Shown: positions 44,432 through 53,810 of the stretch, piece by piece
Numbering within the stretch: the first letter of the stretch is position 1
Layout: every line of letters begins with the position of its first letter
Source: Eubacteriales bacterium
GTDB taxonomy: Bacteria; Bacillota; Clostridia; Oscillospirales; UBA644
Assembly (NCBI GenBank): GCA_045535665.1
Contig: JAZSMD010000012.1
Location: 4,451 to 68,450, forward strand
Direction of reading: 5' to 3'
DNA: 64,000 nt
Notes under the pieces: generated by a model
Told to the model about the DNA's origin: nothing
Seen by the model: only the letters and a program-made list of their open reading frames with translations
Database searches by the model: none
Translations under genes and position numbers: made by a program

Positions 44432-45298
44432 ATGGAAAATGAAACTGTTGAAATTGTCGGCGTCAGATTTAAACCCGTTGGTAAAATATATTTTTTCGAT
44501 CCCAAAGGGTTTGTATTTTCCTTTGGTGACAGAGTAATAGTTGAAACTGTCAGAGGTTATGAGATCGGAAATATTGCCGTTCCCAATAAAACTGTGACTC
44601 CCGACCCTAAATTTATGCCTTTAAGTCCTGTTATCAGACCTGCAACTGAGGAGGATATTGCCAGACATCTTGAGAATAAGGAAAAAGAAAAGGCAGCACT
44701 TAAGATTTGCGAGGAAAAAATTGCAAAACATGGTCTTCCCATGTCTCTTGTAGATGTTGAGTATACATTCGATAACAATAAAATAATCTTTTGTTTTGTG
44801 GCGGATGGCAGAATAGATTTCCGAGAACTTGTAAAAGATTTGGCTTCTGTTTTTAAAACAAGAATTGAACTTCGTCAGATCGGTGTTCGCGATGAAACAA
44901 AAATTGTAGGAGCTTTAGGTGTTTGCGGCAGAAAGGTTTGCTGTGCAAGTTTTCTTTCTGAGTTTGAACCTGTTTCTGTAAAGATGGCAAAAGAGCAATC
45001 GTTGTCCACTAATCCGCAGAAAATTTCAGGTGCTTGCGGTAAACTTATATGTTGCCTTAATTATGAAGAATCTACCTATGAAGACGCATATAAGACGCTT
45101 CCCAGACCCGGCTCTTACGTTAAGACTCCAGAAGGTAACGGCATTGTCGTTGAGGTAAGTGTTCCTCTTGACATGGCTTCCGTACGTCTTGAGTCCGAAG
45201 GAAATGCTATAAAACAGTTTAAAAAGACGGATTTGAAAATCCTTAAAGGTGCCGATAAGAAATCAGAATCTGAAGATTTTTCGGAGATTGAAGATTGA
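44432..45298 (+). CDS. ricT: PSP1 domain protein (stage 0 sporulation protein YaaT / RicT)
   Basis: PSP1 C-terminal domain with conserved cysteines (GVCGRKVCCASFL, GACGKLICCLNYE). Synteny after holB. Confidence 0.85.
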   Translation: MENETVEIVGVRFKPVGKIYFFDPKGFVFSFGDRVIVETVRGYEIGNIAVPNKTVTPDPKFMPLSPVIRPATEEDIARHLENKEKEKAALKICEEKIAKHGLPMSLVDVEYTFDNNKIIFCFVADGRIDFRELVKDLASVFKTRIELRQIGVRDETKIVGALGVCGRKVCCASFLSEFEPVSVKMAKEQSLSTNPQKISGACGKLICCLNYEESTYEDAYKTLPRPGSYVKTPEGNGIVVEVSVPLDMASVRLESEGNAIKQFKKTDLKILKGADKKSESEDFSEIED

Positions 45299-45396
45299 TT
45301 CTAAATTAAGCCTTATATTTGTCCCAATTTACCCCTTGAAAAAATAGGGAAAATGTGATAGAATATACTAAGAATAAAAATAAGGAGGATAATCTG

Positions 45397-45570
45397 ATGG
45401 CTCACGTAATTTCTGATGAATGCATCGCTTGCGGTGCTTGCCAGGGTGAATGTCCCGTTGACGCAATTGCAGAAGCAGAAGGCAAATTCGTTATTGACGA
45501 AGATCTTTGCATTGACTGTGGTGCTTGCGCAGGTGTTTGCCCCGTAGGTGCTCCTGCTCCTAAGGAATAA
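45397..45570 (+). CDS. clostridial-type 2[4Fe-4S] ferredoxin (57 aa)
   Basis: CIACGACQGECP and CIDCGACAGVCP motifs. AAGGAGG SD before ATG 45397. Confidence 0.9.
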   Translation: MAHVISDECIACGACQGECPVDAIAEAEGKFVIDEDLCIDCGACAGVCPVGAPAPKE

Positions 45571-45640
45571 GACATAACGAATAGGGGGTTGTGGCTTATG
45601 CAACAACCCCTGATGTCATGTCTCAAGGAATTATATTTCA

Positions 45641-46378
45641 ATGATACGATTAGACGATTTGCACGTTGGCGGATTAAAAATATATCAGGATACTGACAGC
45701 TTTTGTTTTGGGACAGATGCTGTCCTGCTTTCATGGTTTGCGTCCGTTAAAAAATTTACAGATGTTGTAGACTTGTGTTCCGGGAACGGTATTATTGCCA
45801 TTCTTCTTTCTCGCTTCGGTTGTATGAAAAGCGGGGTTTGTGTAGAACTTAACGAAGCTCAATCTTTGTTGTGCAAAAAATCATTGGAATTAAATCTTCT
45901 TGGAGATAAACTTGAAGTTTTAAATTCGGATCTTCGTAAAATACGTAGGGATAAGCTCCTCAGATCAGGCGCGTATGATCTTGTTACTGTAAATCCACCT
46001 TACAGCTCTGCAAACTCAGGTTTTGTTTCTACCGGATCAAAAAGTTATGCACGTACGGAATTGGAGTGTACTATTTCGGATATTGCGGAGCAAAGTTCTT
46101 ATTTACTCAAACAGGGAGGCAGACTTTGTGTTGTACACCGTCCCGAGCGTTTGGCTGATCTTGTTTGTGAATGTCGCAATAGAAATCTTGAATTGAAAAG
46201 ATTTCGTTCTGTTTGTGCTCATGTAGGGGATACTCCTTCAATGATTCTTGCTGAATTTATTAAATGCGGAAAGAGTGGCGTTAATATCGAAGCTCCGTTG
46301 ATCATATATGATGTAAATAACCGTTATACGGATATTATGAATAAAATTTACGAAAGAGGATCCGCAGATGAGTGGTAA
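45641..46378 (+). CDS. tRNA (adenine-N6)-methyltransferase, TrmN6/YabB-like
   Basis: SAM-binding segment VVDLCSGNG and NPPY catalytic motif (VTVNPPYSS). Position upstream of rsmI as in Bacillus yabB. Confidence 0.75.
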   Translation: MIRLDDLHVGGLKIYQDTDSFCFGTDAVLLSWFASVKKFTDVVDLCSGNGIIAILLSRFGCMKSGVCVELNEAQSLLCKKSLELNLLGDKLEVLNSDLRKIRRDKLLRSGAYDLVTVNPPYSSANSGFVSTGSKSYARTELECTISDIAEQSSYLLKQGGRLCVVHRPERLADLVCECRNRNLELKRFRSVCAHVGDTPSMILAEFIKCGKSGVNIEAPLIIYDVNNRYTDIMNKIYERGSADEW

Positions 46379-47225
46379 TTATATTTCTTCTCCTAAAGAT
46401 AAGGTTTCATTATACCTTGTGGCGACTCCTATAGGGAATCTTTCCGATATTTCAGAAAGAGCTCTGGAAACACTTGAAAATGCGGATTTTGTAGCAGCAG
46501 AGGATACCCGAAAAACAGGTGTATTACTTTCACATTATTCAATAAAAAAGCCTCTTGTCAGTTACTATGAACATAATCTTCGTCAGCGTGGCGAAGAAAT
46601 AATAGCCCGTCTTGAAGCAGGTGAGACCTGTGCTCTTGTTTCAGATGCGGGAATGCCTGCGGTTTCTGACCCGGGGGAGCAGCTTGTCAAACAGTGCTAC
46701 GAGCACGGTCTTAAGGTAAGCGCAATTCCCGGACCTTGTGCTTTTGTTTCTGCGATTGCAATTTCAGGACTATCCACAAAGCGTTTTACCTTTGAGGGCT
46801 TTCTGAGTACAGCCAAAAACAGCCGAAGAGAACGGTTGGATTCCGTGAAAAATCTGGAACATACATTGATATTTTATGAAGCGCCGCATAAACTTAAGGG
46901 CTTTTTGGAAGATGTGTTAAAAGTTCTCGGAAACAGAAGGATTTCTCTTGTGAGGGAGATCTCCAAGATATATGAACAGGTTATGCTTACTACAGTGGAA
47001 GAAGCAATCTCATACTATAATGAAAATGACCCTCGCGGAGAGTTCGTTATTATTGTTGAGGGTGCAGGTGAAATTAAGGAAGAAGTTTCCGATATTTCGT
47101 TAGAACAGGAATTTTATGCTTTGGTTGAAGACGGAATGACACGAACTTTTGCCGCAAAAACTTTAGCTCGTAAATATAATCTTTCAAAACGCGAGATATA
47201 CGAACGCTTTAAGGAAGAAAATTAG
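46368..47225 (+). CDS. rsmI: 16S rRNA (cytidine1402-2'-O)-methyltransferase
   Basis: LYLVATPIGNLSDIS N-terminus and tetrapyrrole-methylase fold. Overlaps the upstream gene by 11 nt. Confidence 0.9.
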   Translation: MSGNYISSPKDKVSLYLVATPIGNLSDISERALETLENADFVAAEDTRKTGVLLSHYSIKKPLVSYYEHNLRQRGEEIIARLEAGETCALVSDAGMPAVSDPGEQLVKQCYEHGLKVSAIPGPCAFVSAIAISGLSTKRFTFEGFLSTAKNSRRERLDSVKNLEHTLIFYEAPHKLKGFLEDVLKVLGNRRISLVREISKIYEQVMLTTVEEAISYYNENDPRGEFVIIVEGAGEIKEEVSDISLEQEFYALVEDGMTRTFAAKTLARKYNLSKREIYERFKEEN

Positions 47226-47286
47226 CCTTTTTACAGGTAAAATAAGGTAATATTGGTGTATTTTCATGACTTTTACAGGTGGATAC

Positions 47287-47315
47287 TTGAAAAAACACTA
47301 AATATATAATATAAT
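47287..47315 (+). promoter_or_regulatory. promoter for the M23 peptidase gene (TTGAAA-17-TATAAT)
   Basis: Hexamers at 47287..47292 and 47310..47315. Confidence 0.5.
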
Positions 47316-47356
47316 AGATATATAATCTAATTTCCCCAAAAAACAGGAGAGTGTGT

Positions 47357-49057
47357 ATGCCTCGAATAGTTACAGGCAAGACAACGGGGTCTTCCGAGTC
47401 TAATGAAAAATATAATATAAGACCGGAAATAACAAGACAGAAAAAGAAAACATCAAGAAAAAAAACAAGCAAATTTTTGAGAATACTTGTTTCACTTATT
47501 TTTTTCTTACACCTTGATGGTGTTATCAGAGGAGCAGTGAAATTATTCGCTAAATTTGCGGATTTTGCATATACAAGTCGCGGTATAAACTACCGTGTAA
47601 ATAAAGTACATATCAGACATACAAATTATATATATAGATTAAGATATTATGCAAAGCATTGTCTCACATTGTTGATTTATGGTATAAGCGGCCTTTTTCG
47701 CTTGACTTTTCCTGTCGCAGCACCTATTGTGGGTACTGTTATGCTTATATTTTCAATTTGGGTATTTAATACCTATGCAATTGCCCTGGAGGTTTCTGTA
47801 GGTGATGAATCTGTAGGTTACATCACCGATGAACAGGAATACTACAATATTCAGCAAACGGTTGAGAAAAGAATAGAAGCCGATGGTTATGTAGATGAAT
47901 ATGTTATTGAAAATATTCCGCTTTTGACTCTTTCTTTTGTGAGAAGAGATGAGGTTTCTGACCGTGAGACAATCGTAAATACACTTTATGATAATTACCG
48001 TGAATATATAGGTCAGTCATACGGTTACTTTATTGACGGACGCCTTGTCGGAACTTCCAAAAATGAAGCAGATCTTGATCAGGTACTTTCGGAAGTTGTA
48101 AAACCGTATCTTTCAGGAGAAGAAAACGAGTCTTATTATATTCTCAACAGCATAGAAGTTGTCAGAGATGAATATCCCCGTGAATACGAAAAATCAACTT
48201 CAGAGCTTATTGAATTATTTACAAAGCCTGAAGGAAAAGATACTTATGTTGTAAAAAAAGGTGATACTATAGAAAGTATCGCTTCAAAATATTCACTTGA
48301 TGTGCCGGTGTTACGCTTAATAAACGGAAATATTTCAGAAGATTATTTATCTGTAGGTATGAAACTTAATGTGGATTCTCCCGAAGTTACATTGTCCGTA
48401 CAGACCACAAGAACTGTTACATATACAGAAATTATTCCGTATGAAACAAAATATATTTACAGTAATTCTCTTTATGAAAACGTGACTCAGACAAAACAGA
48501 ACGGTTCAAACGGTACATACGAAGTTTCTGCGGATATCAGATCCGTGAACGGTATTGAGATTGAGAGAGAAGTAGTAAGTAAAAAGAAGACAAAGGATGC
48601 CATAGCGAAGCAGGTTCTTGTAGGAACAAAGACTATAGCTCCTTCAGGAACATTCATTTGGCCGGTTTCAATGAACGGTTTCCAATTTGTTTCTTCTAAA
48701 TTCGGTGGAAGAACTTTGCGTGGAAAATATGATTTCCACAGAGGTTATGACATCGCTTGTGAGTACGGTACAAAAATTTTTGCTGCAGATGCTGGTACTA
48801 TCATCAAAAAGGGTTGGCAGGAAGGCGGTTTGGGTAACTATATCGCAATAGACCATGGAAACGGAATTATTTCTTATTACGGACATTGCAGTTCTTTAGA
48901 AAAATCTATAAAAATAGGAGACAAGGTCTATCAAGGACAAGTTATAGCATATGTAGGCAGTACCGGAAACAGTACGGGTAATCATTGCCATTTTGCTTTA
49001 TTTAATAAAGAGACGGGCGCTTATTTTGATCCTGAACCTTATCTGAAAAAACCTTAA
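47357..49057 (+). CDS. M23 family metallopeptidase with LysM and G5-like domains
   Basis: N-terminal TM. LysM (YVVKKGDTIESIASKYSL). G5-like repeat. M23 motifs HRGYDIA and GNHCHF. GGAGAG SD before ATG 47357. Confidence 0.85.
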   Translation: MPRIVTGKTTGSSESNEKYNIRPEITRQKKKTSRKKTSKFLRILVSLIFFLHLDGVIRGAVKLFAKFADFAYTSRGINYRVNKVHIRHTNYIYRLRYYAKHCLTLLIYGISGLFRLTFPVAAPIVGTVMLIFSIWVFNTYAIALEVSVGDESVGYITDEQEYYNIQQTVEKRIEADGYVDEYVIENIPLLTLSFVRRDEVSDRETIVNTLYDNYREYIGQSYGYFIDGRLVGTSKNEADLDQVLSEVVKPYLSGEENESYYILNSIEVVRDEYPREYEKSTSELIELFTKPEGKDTYVVKKGDTIESIASKYSLDVPVLRLINGNISEDYLSVGMKLNVDSPEVTLSVQTTRTVTYTEIIPYETKYIYSNSLYENVTQTKQNGSNGTYEVSADIRSVNGIEIEREVVSKKKTKDAIAKQVLVGTKTIAPSGTFIWPVSMNGFQFVSSKFGGRTLRGKYDFHRGYDIACEYGTKIFAADAGTIIKKGWQEGGLGNYIAIDHGNGIISYYGHCSSLEKSIKIGDKVYQGQVIAYVGSTGNSTGNHCHFALFNKETGAYFDPEPYLKKP

Positions 49058-49157
49058 ATGATTTTTTTCTAAAAAATCTCATGATTATATTGTTTTTGCT
49101 GTGGAATACTTATACGGCAGATTTCATCATTGTTTATATATGAAAGGATGTTAATTC

Positions 49158-50462
49158 TTGAAAAAGTACGTTATCAGAGGAGGCAATCTCCTTGAGGGCG
49201 AAGTTCGTGTCAGCGGCGGTAAAAATGCCGCAGTTGCAATAATTCCAGCTGCTTTGCTTGTGAATGGCGTTTGTATAATTGAAAATGTACCCGTTGTAAA
49301 CGACGTTATTCTTCTTACGGAGATAATGGCTGAAATGGGTGCAAAAGTAAGCTTTTTGGATAAAACCACATTGAGAATAGATTCTACCGAAATCCATACA
49401 TGTGCTGCTGTTTCCGAGCTTGTGAGAAAAATGAGAGCTTCATATTATCTAATTGGTGCACTTCTCGGAAGATTCGGAAAAGCTCAGGTTGGGCTTCCCG
49501 GAGGTTGTGATTTTGGTGTCCGCCCCATAGACTATCATATACGAGGATTTGAGGCTCTTGGTGCGACTGTTTCTATAGAACACGGAATAGTTAACGCTTT
49601 TGCGGAAAATGGAGTTAAAGGTGCCTCTATGAGTCTTGATTTCCCTTCAGTAGGTGCTACTATAAATATAATGATGGCAGCAGTTCTTGCTCAGGGAACT
49701 ACGATAATTGAAAATGCAGGTAAGGAGCCCCATATTGTTGATATTGCCAACTTCCTTAATGCAATGGGTGCAGAAATTCGTGGCGCAGGTACAGATACTA
49801 TTAAAATAAAAGGTGTCAGCGAGCTTCACAGCGGCAGATATGAAATTATTCCTGACCAGATTGAGGCTGGTACTTACATGGTTGCTGCTGCGGCTGTTGG
49901 CGGTAAAGTTAAAGTTACAAATGTTATTCCAAAACATTTGGAATCAATTTCCGCAAAATTGGAAGAGATTGGTGTTAACGTTGAAGAAGATGATGACTTT
50001 ATCACTGTATCAAGAGCTCCAGGTCAGGCAATGAATAAAGTGAATGTAAAAACACTTCCGTATCCCGGTTTCCCCACAGATATGCAGCCTCAGATTGCAA
50101 CGCTGTTGTGCCTTGCTAACGGTACATCTATTGTTACCGAAGGTATTTACGAACATCGATTTAAGTACGTTGATGAACTTCGCAGAATGGGTGCGAAAAT
50201 GAACGTTGACGGCAGAGTTTGTGTTATTTCAGGTATAGATCATTTTACAGGTGCCTCTGTGTGCGCTTGTGATTTGCGTGCAGGGGTTTCCCTTGTTATT
50301 GCAGGCCTGTGTGCTGAGGGAATGACTGAAATTACAAATGTTCATCTTATTGAACGCGGATATGAAGATATCGTTGAAAAACTCAGAGGTCTCGGTGCTT
50401 CAATCGGTGTTGTTGATGATGAATCTCAGACTGCTGAAAATGCTGGTATAAATGCTGGTTGA
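49158..50462 (+). CDS. murA: UDP-N-acetylglucosamine 1-carboxyvinyltransferase
   Basis: GEVRVSGGKNAAVAIIPAALL N-terminus and active-site loop LPGGCDFGVRPID. TTG start. Confidence 0.9.
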   Translation: MKKYVIRGGNLLEGEVRVSGGKNAAVAIIPAALLVNGVCIIENVPVVNDVILLTEIMAEMGAKVSFLDKTTLRIDSTEIHTCAAVSELVRKMRASYYLIGALLGRFGKAQVGLPGGCDFGVRPIDYHIRGFEALGATVSIEHGIVNAFAENGVKGASMSLDFPSVGATINIMMAAVLAQGTTIIENAGKEPHIVDIANFLNAMGAEIRGAGTDTIKIKGVSELHSGRYEIIPDQIEAGTYMVAAAAVGGKVKVTNVIPKHLESISAKLEEIGVNVEEDDDFITVSRAPGQAMNKVNVKTLPYPGFPTDMQPQIATLLCLANGTSIVTEGIYEHRFKYVDELRRMGAKMNVDGRVCVISGIDHFTGASVCACDLRAGVSLVIAGLCAEGMTEITNVHLIERGYEDIVEKLRGLGASIGVVDDESQTAENAGINAG

Positions 50463-50497
50463 TCTTATATTATTGAAATGGAGAGCTTATCTACAAC

Positions 50498-51295
50498 ATG
50501 GTAAGAGTATGTACGCTGTATAGCGGAAGCAGTGCGAACTGTACATTTATTGAAAATGACGGCAGGGCGATATTGATAGATGCCGGGGCTGGTATTAAAA
50601 AAACGGGTCAGGCATTGAACAGTATCGGTAGCGGTTATGATAATGTCGAAGCAATTTTTATTACCCATGAACATTCGGATCATATAGCAGGGTTGAAAAC
50701 GATACTCAAGCATCATGAGCGTATTCCTGTAATCGGTAATGAGAAAACTTTAGCTGCCATAAAGAATTCTTATCCTGAGATAAACTGTAAAAATTTCCAT
50801 GCAATGGCTACAGGAGCAAAGGCAAATAATGGCGTTATGCAGGTTACTTCATTCAGGACACTTCATGACAGCGCAGAATGTGTAGGTTACATAGTAAATA
50901 CCGGAAATCAGAAGATTGGAGTTATGACTGACGTTGGTGAAGAAACTTCCCAAGCATTGGATTTTTTGAGTGGGTGTAATACTCTTGTGGTTGAGTCCAA
51001 TCATGATGTTGACAAGCTGTGGAACGGAGCTTACCCATATATGCTCAAACAGCGCATAGGCGGAAAATACGGACATTTTTCAAACGAACAATGTGGATGT
51101 CTTATGGGGAAAGCTGTTAAAGCATCTGTTAAAAATATTATTCTTGCCCATTTAAGCAAAGAAAACAATACTCCTGAACTTGCTTTTGATACGGTAGCAA
51201 AACACATTTCAGATATGGGAGCAATTATTGGGGGAGATATAGATCTTTCAGTTGCACCAAGAAATGAAGTTTCAAAAATAATAATTCATGAATAA
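50498..51295 (+). CDS. MBL-fold metallo-hydrolase (YycJ-like)
   Basis: HEHSDH motif. 265 aa. Confidence 0.8.
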   Translation: MVRVCTLYSGSSANCTFIENDGRAILIDAGAGIKKTGQALNSIGSGYDNVEAIFITHEHSDHIAGLKTILKHHERIPVIGNEKTLAAIKNSYPEINCKNFHAMATGAKANNGVMQVTSFRTLHDSAECVGYIVNTGNQKIGVMTDVGEETSQALDFLSGCNTLVVESNHDVDKLWNGAYPYMLKQRIGGKYGHFSNEQCGCLMGKAVKASVKNIILAHLSKENNTPELAFDTVAKHISDMGAIIGGDIDLSVAPRNEVSKIIIHE

Positions 51296-51302
51296 TTGAA
51301 AT

Positions 51303-51333
51303 AGGAACTGTTTATAAGAATAAATCAGTTCCT
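51303..51333. terminator. hairpin between convergent genes
   Basis: AGGAACTG/CAGTTCCT stem, between the MBL gene end at 51295 (+) and the small ORF end at 51363 (-). Confidence 0.5.
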
Positions 51334-51362
51334 TTGTTTATTTTATTAATAATATTTATTTT

Positions 51363-51584
51363 TTAAAAGCTGTCATCCTCAATTATTCGCATAAAGGCTT
51401 TTTTACGTTTTGCCTCATGTTTATCCATTATTGAAGTTTTTTCTTTTATTATAGAGTTTGCTTCATCTAAAATAGCACGTCTGTTTGCTTTTTTTGAGTC
51501 TTTTTTTAAGATGAATATAGCTTCATCAATAAGTTTTCCGTTGCATTTTACTATTACAGCTTCTTTGCAGAACCCTTTTATCAT
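51363..51584 (-). CDS. small hypothetical protein (73 aa)
   Basis: AAAGGA SD upstream of ATG 51584. Lys-rich with no recognisable motif. Lies downstream of secG on the same strand. Confidence 0.45.
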   Translation of the reverse strand: MIKGFCKEAVIVKCNGKLIDEAIFILKKDSKKANRRAILDEANSIIKEKTSIMDKHEAKRKKAFMRIIEDDSF

Positions 51585-51713
51585 TTTTATATTTTCCTTT
51601 CGGTGTAAAGTATTCCTGTAAGCTTATTTTACACTGTTTGGAGCGGATTATTCAGTGACAAAAAAACAAGGGTAAAGATTTTTATCTTTACCCTGTGTTA
51701 TTTTTTTCTTAAA

Positions 51714-51956
51714 TTAAACGATTTCAATGATATTTACAATAACAACTGTAACGATGAAAATGATTGAAACTACTACAGTCATTGTTTTCATTTTGAGTTC
51801 GTTAGAGCTTGTCTTGTTTTTGCTCATATAGTTACCGGAAGCACCTGTTATAGCGCCTGCATTGGCAGATCTTCCTGACTGGAAAAGAATGATAGCAACA
51901 AGAGCAATGGAACAAGCCATAAGTATTAAAGTGAGTACGAGTACGATAGGTGACAT
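51714..51956 (-). CDS. secG: preprotein translocase subunit SecG
   Basis: Two TM segments flanking LFQSGRSANAGAITG. GGAGG SD before ATG 51956. Confidence 0.8.
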   Translation of the reverse strand: MSPIVLVLTLILMACSIALVAIILFQSGRSANAGAITGASGNYMSKNKTSSNELKMKTMTVVVSIIFIVTVVIVNIIEIV

Positions 51957-52181
51957 ATGTTTTTCCTCCAATTATAATTTCATTCTTTGCCTGTTCGTTT
52001 TTTTCGAATCAGCAAAGGACATAATAAACTTAGTATAAAATATTATACCACATTCGGACGAAAAAATCAACTATTTTTCTTTAGAAAACTGAGATTATTT
52101 GTAAACTATTTTTAAAATAATGCGGAAGTCTTCTTTGTGGTGCTTTAAAACCGATATTTTTAAAAAAAATTCTGTTTACTA

Positions 52182-52210
52182 TTGACTTTTTCGCTAAAAA
52201 ACTGTATACT
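52182..52210 (+). promoter_or_regulatory. promoter for the AraC-family gene (TTGACT-17-TATACT)
   Basis: Hexamers at 52182..52187 and 52205..52210. Confidence 0.55.
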
Positions 52211-52232
52211 TATATCAAGGGAGGTAAATCGA

Positions 52233-53045
52233 ATGTACGATTACGATAATATTTGTAATTTCCCGCCTGCGAAAACTCCGTCAAAGGAACTGGATATACT
52301 CAATTTTGTATATGAGAGAAAATGCAATTTCCCCGATAAATATCTTATCGAGACAGTTTATACTTTGCGGCTTGTAACTTCGGGGAAAGGGATTTTGAGT
52401 ACCCCTCACGGCAGACATTATTTAAAAAAAGGGGATCTGTTTTTTACTTTTCAAGCAAAGCCGTTTAAAATTCGCAGTGAGGAAAATTTTGAGTATATTT
52501 ATATTTCCTTTTCAGGGCTTCGTGCGGATAGTTTACTTAAACGTATTGCAATAAAAGAATCATCTCCCGTGTTGGAAAACTATGATAGGTTTATTGATGT
52601 GTGGAAAACTTCCGTGTGTTCGGTTACGGAAAGCAATATCGACCTTATGGCTGAGGGACTGTTACTGTTTACATTGGCAGATATTTGCAACATCCCCGCT
52701 GATATGAAGAGCAGGTCAAAAAAACCTGCTGAGGTTATAAAGGAATACATTGACACCCATTATTCGGAGCAAGACCTTACCCTTGAAAATGTCAGCAAAT
52801 TACACTCTTACGGCAAAAAATATATTTCGGAGGCGTTTAAACGTCATACGGGAATATGTTTCAGCTTGTATTTATGTAAGCTTCGTTTGAACCATGCAGT
52901 AAGAATGATGAATGCGGGTTTTACGAGTATCAAGGAAATAGCTTCGTTTTCGGGCTTTTCGGATCCTTTGTATTTTTCCAAGGTGTTTAAGAAGAATTAC
53001 GGAATGTCTCCGGGTGAATATATGGAAAAGGAAATTAAAAAATAA
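52233..53045 (+). CDS. AraC family transcriptional regulator
   Basis: Cupin-like N-terminal half plus a C-terminal double HTH (IKEIASFSGFSDPLYFSKVFKKNYGMSPGEY). GGGAGG SD before ATG 52233. Confidence 0.85.
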   Translation: MYDYDNICNFPPAKTPSKELDILNFVYERKCNFPDKYLIETVYTLRLVTSGKGILSTPHGRHYLKKGDLFFTFQAKPFKIRSEENFEYIYISFSGLRADSLLKRIAIKESSPVLENYDRFIDVWKTSVCSVTESNIDLMAEGLLLFTLADICNIPADMKSRSKKPAEVIKEYIDTHYSEQDLTLENVSKLHSYGKKYISEAFKRHTGICFSLYLCKLRLNHAVRMMNAGFTSIKEIASFSGFSDPLYFSKVFKKNYGMSPGEYMEKEIKK

Positions 53046-53060
53046 AAGGTTCGGGATTAT

Positions 53061-53789
53061 ATGGCAGATTATATTATTGAAGGTTCTGTTTCCGTGAAAG
53101 CAGTTTTGAACGGAGGCAAAAGAACAGTATCGAATATACTTTTTGACAGGGAAAGGCGAGACAGGGATCTCTCCTTCATTCTCGGTAAAGCCCGTGAAAA
53201 AGGCATAAAATACATTCCCTGCAACCGTTCAGAAATTGATGCTGTGGCAACGGGAAAGACTCACGGTGGTATTATCGCATATGTCGGTGATAGAAATTAC
53301 GAAACTGAAGAAGATCTTTTCAACGTTGAAAATCCATTTATTCTTCTTCTTGAAGGTATAGAAGACCCATATAATTTCGGTGATTCCCTTCGTTCAGCAT
53401 ATGCCGCGGGTGTAACAGGTGTTATAGTACCGTCACGAAATTGGCTTACGGCGGCTTCCGTGGTTATTAAGGCTTCTGCGGGTGCTTCGGAATATTTGCC
53501 AACATTGGTTTCCGAGGATCTTGGAAAAACGGTTTTGGAGGCACGGGCGAAAGGCTTGAAGGTCTATTGCGCTGAACGCAGAGATGCGGAATCTCTTTAC
53601 GAAAAAGATCTTACAGAACCCGTAGTGCTTGCAATCGGCGGTGAGATGCGAGGACTTTCACGATCAGTTCTTGATAACTCTGACGGTAATATTTTTATAC
53701 CTTATGGCTCTGGGTTCAGATGTGCTCTTTCTGCATCTGCAGCCTCTGCCGTTATTGGTTTTGAAGTTATGAGGCAGAGAAAGAAATAA
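53061..53789 (+). CDS. TrmH/SpoU family RNA 2'-O-methyltransferase (RlmB-like)
   Basis: SpoU motifs (LLLEGIEDPYNFG, LAIGGEMRGLS, IPYGSGFRCALSASAASAV). Confidence 0.8.
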   Translation: MADYIIEGSVSVKAVLNGGKRTVSNILFDRERRDRDLSFILGKAREKGIKYIPCNRSEIDAVATGKTHGGIIAYVGDRNYETEEDLFNVENPFILLLEGIEDPYNFGDSLRSAYAAGVTGVIVPSRNWLTAASVVIKASAGASEYLPTLVSEDLGKTVLEARAKGLKVYCAERRDAESLYEKDLTEPVVLAIGGEMRGLSRSVLDNSDGNIFIPYGSGFRCALSASAASAVIGFEVMRQRKK

Positions 53790-53810
53790 TGATTAAAAGG
53801 AGATATTACT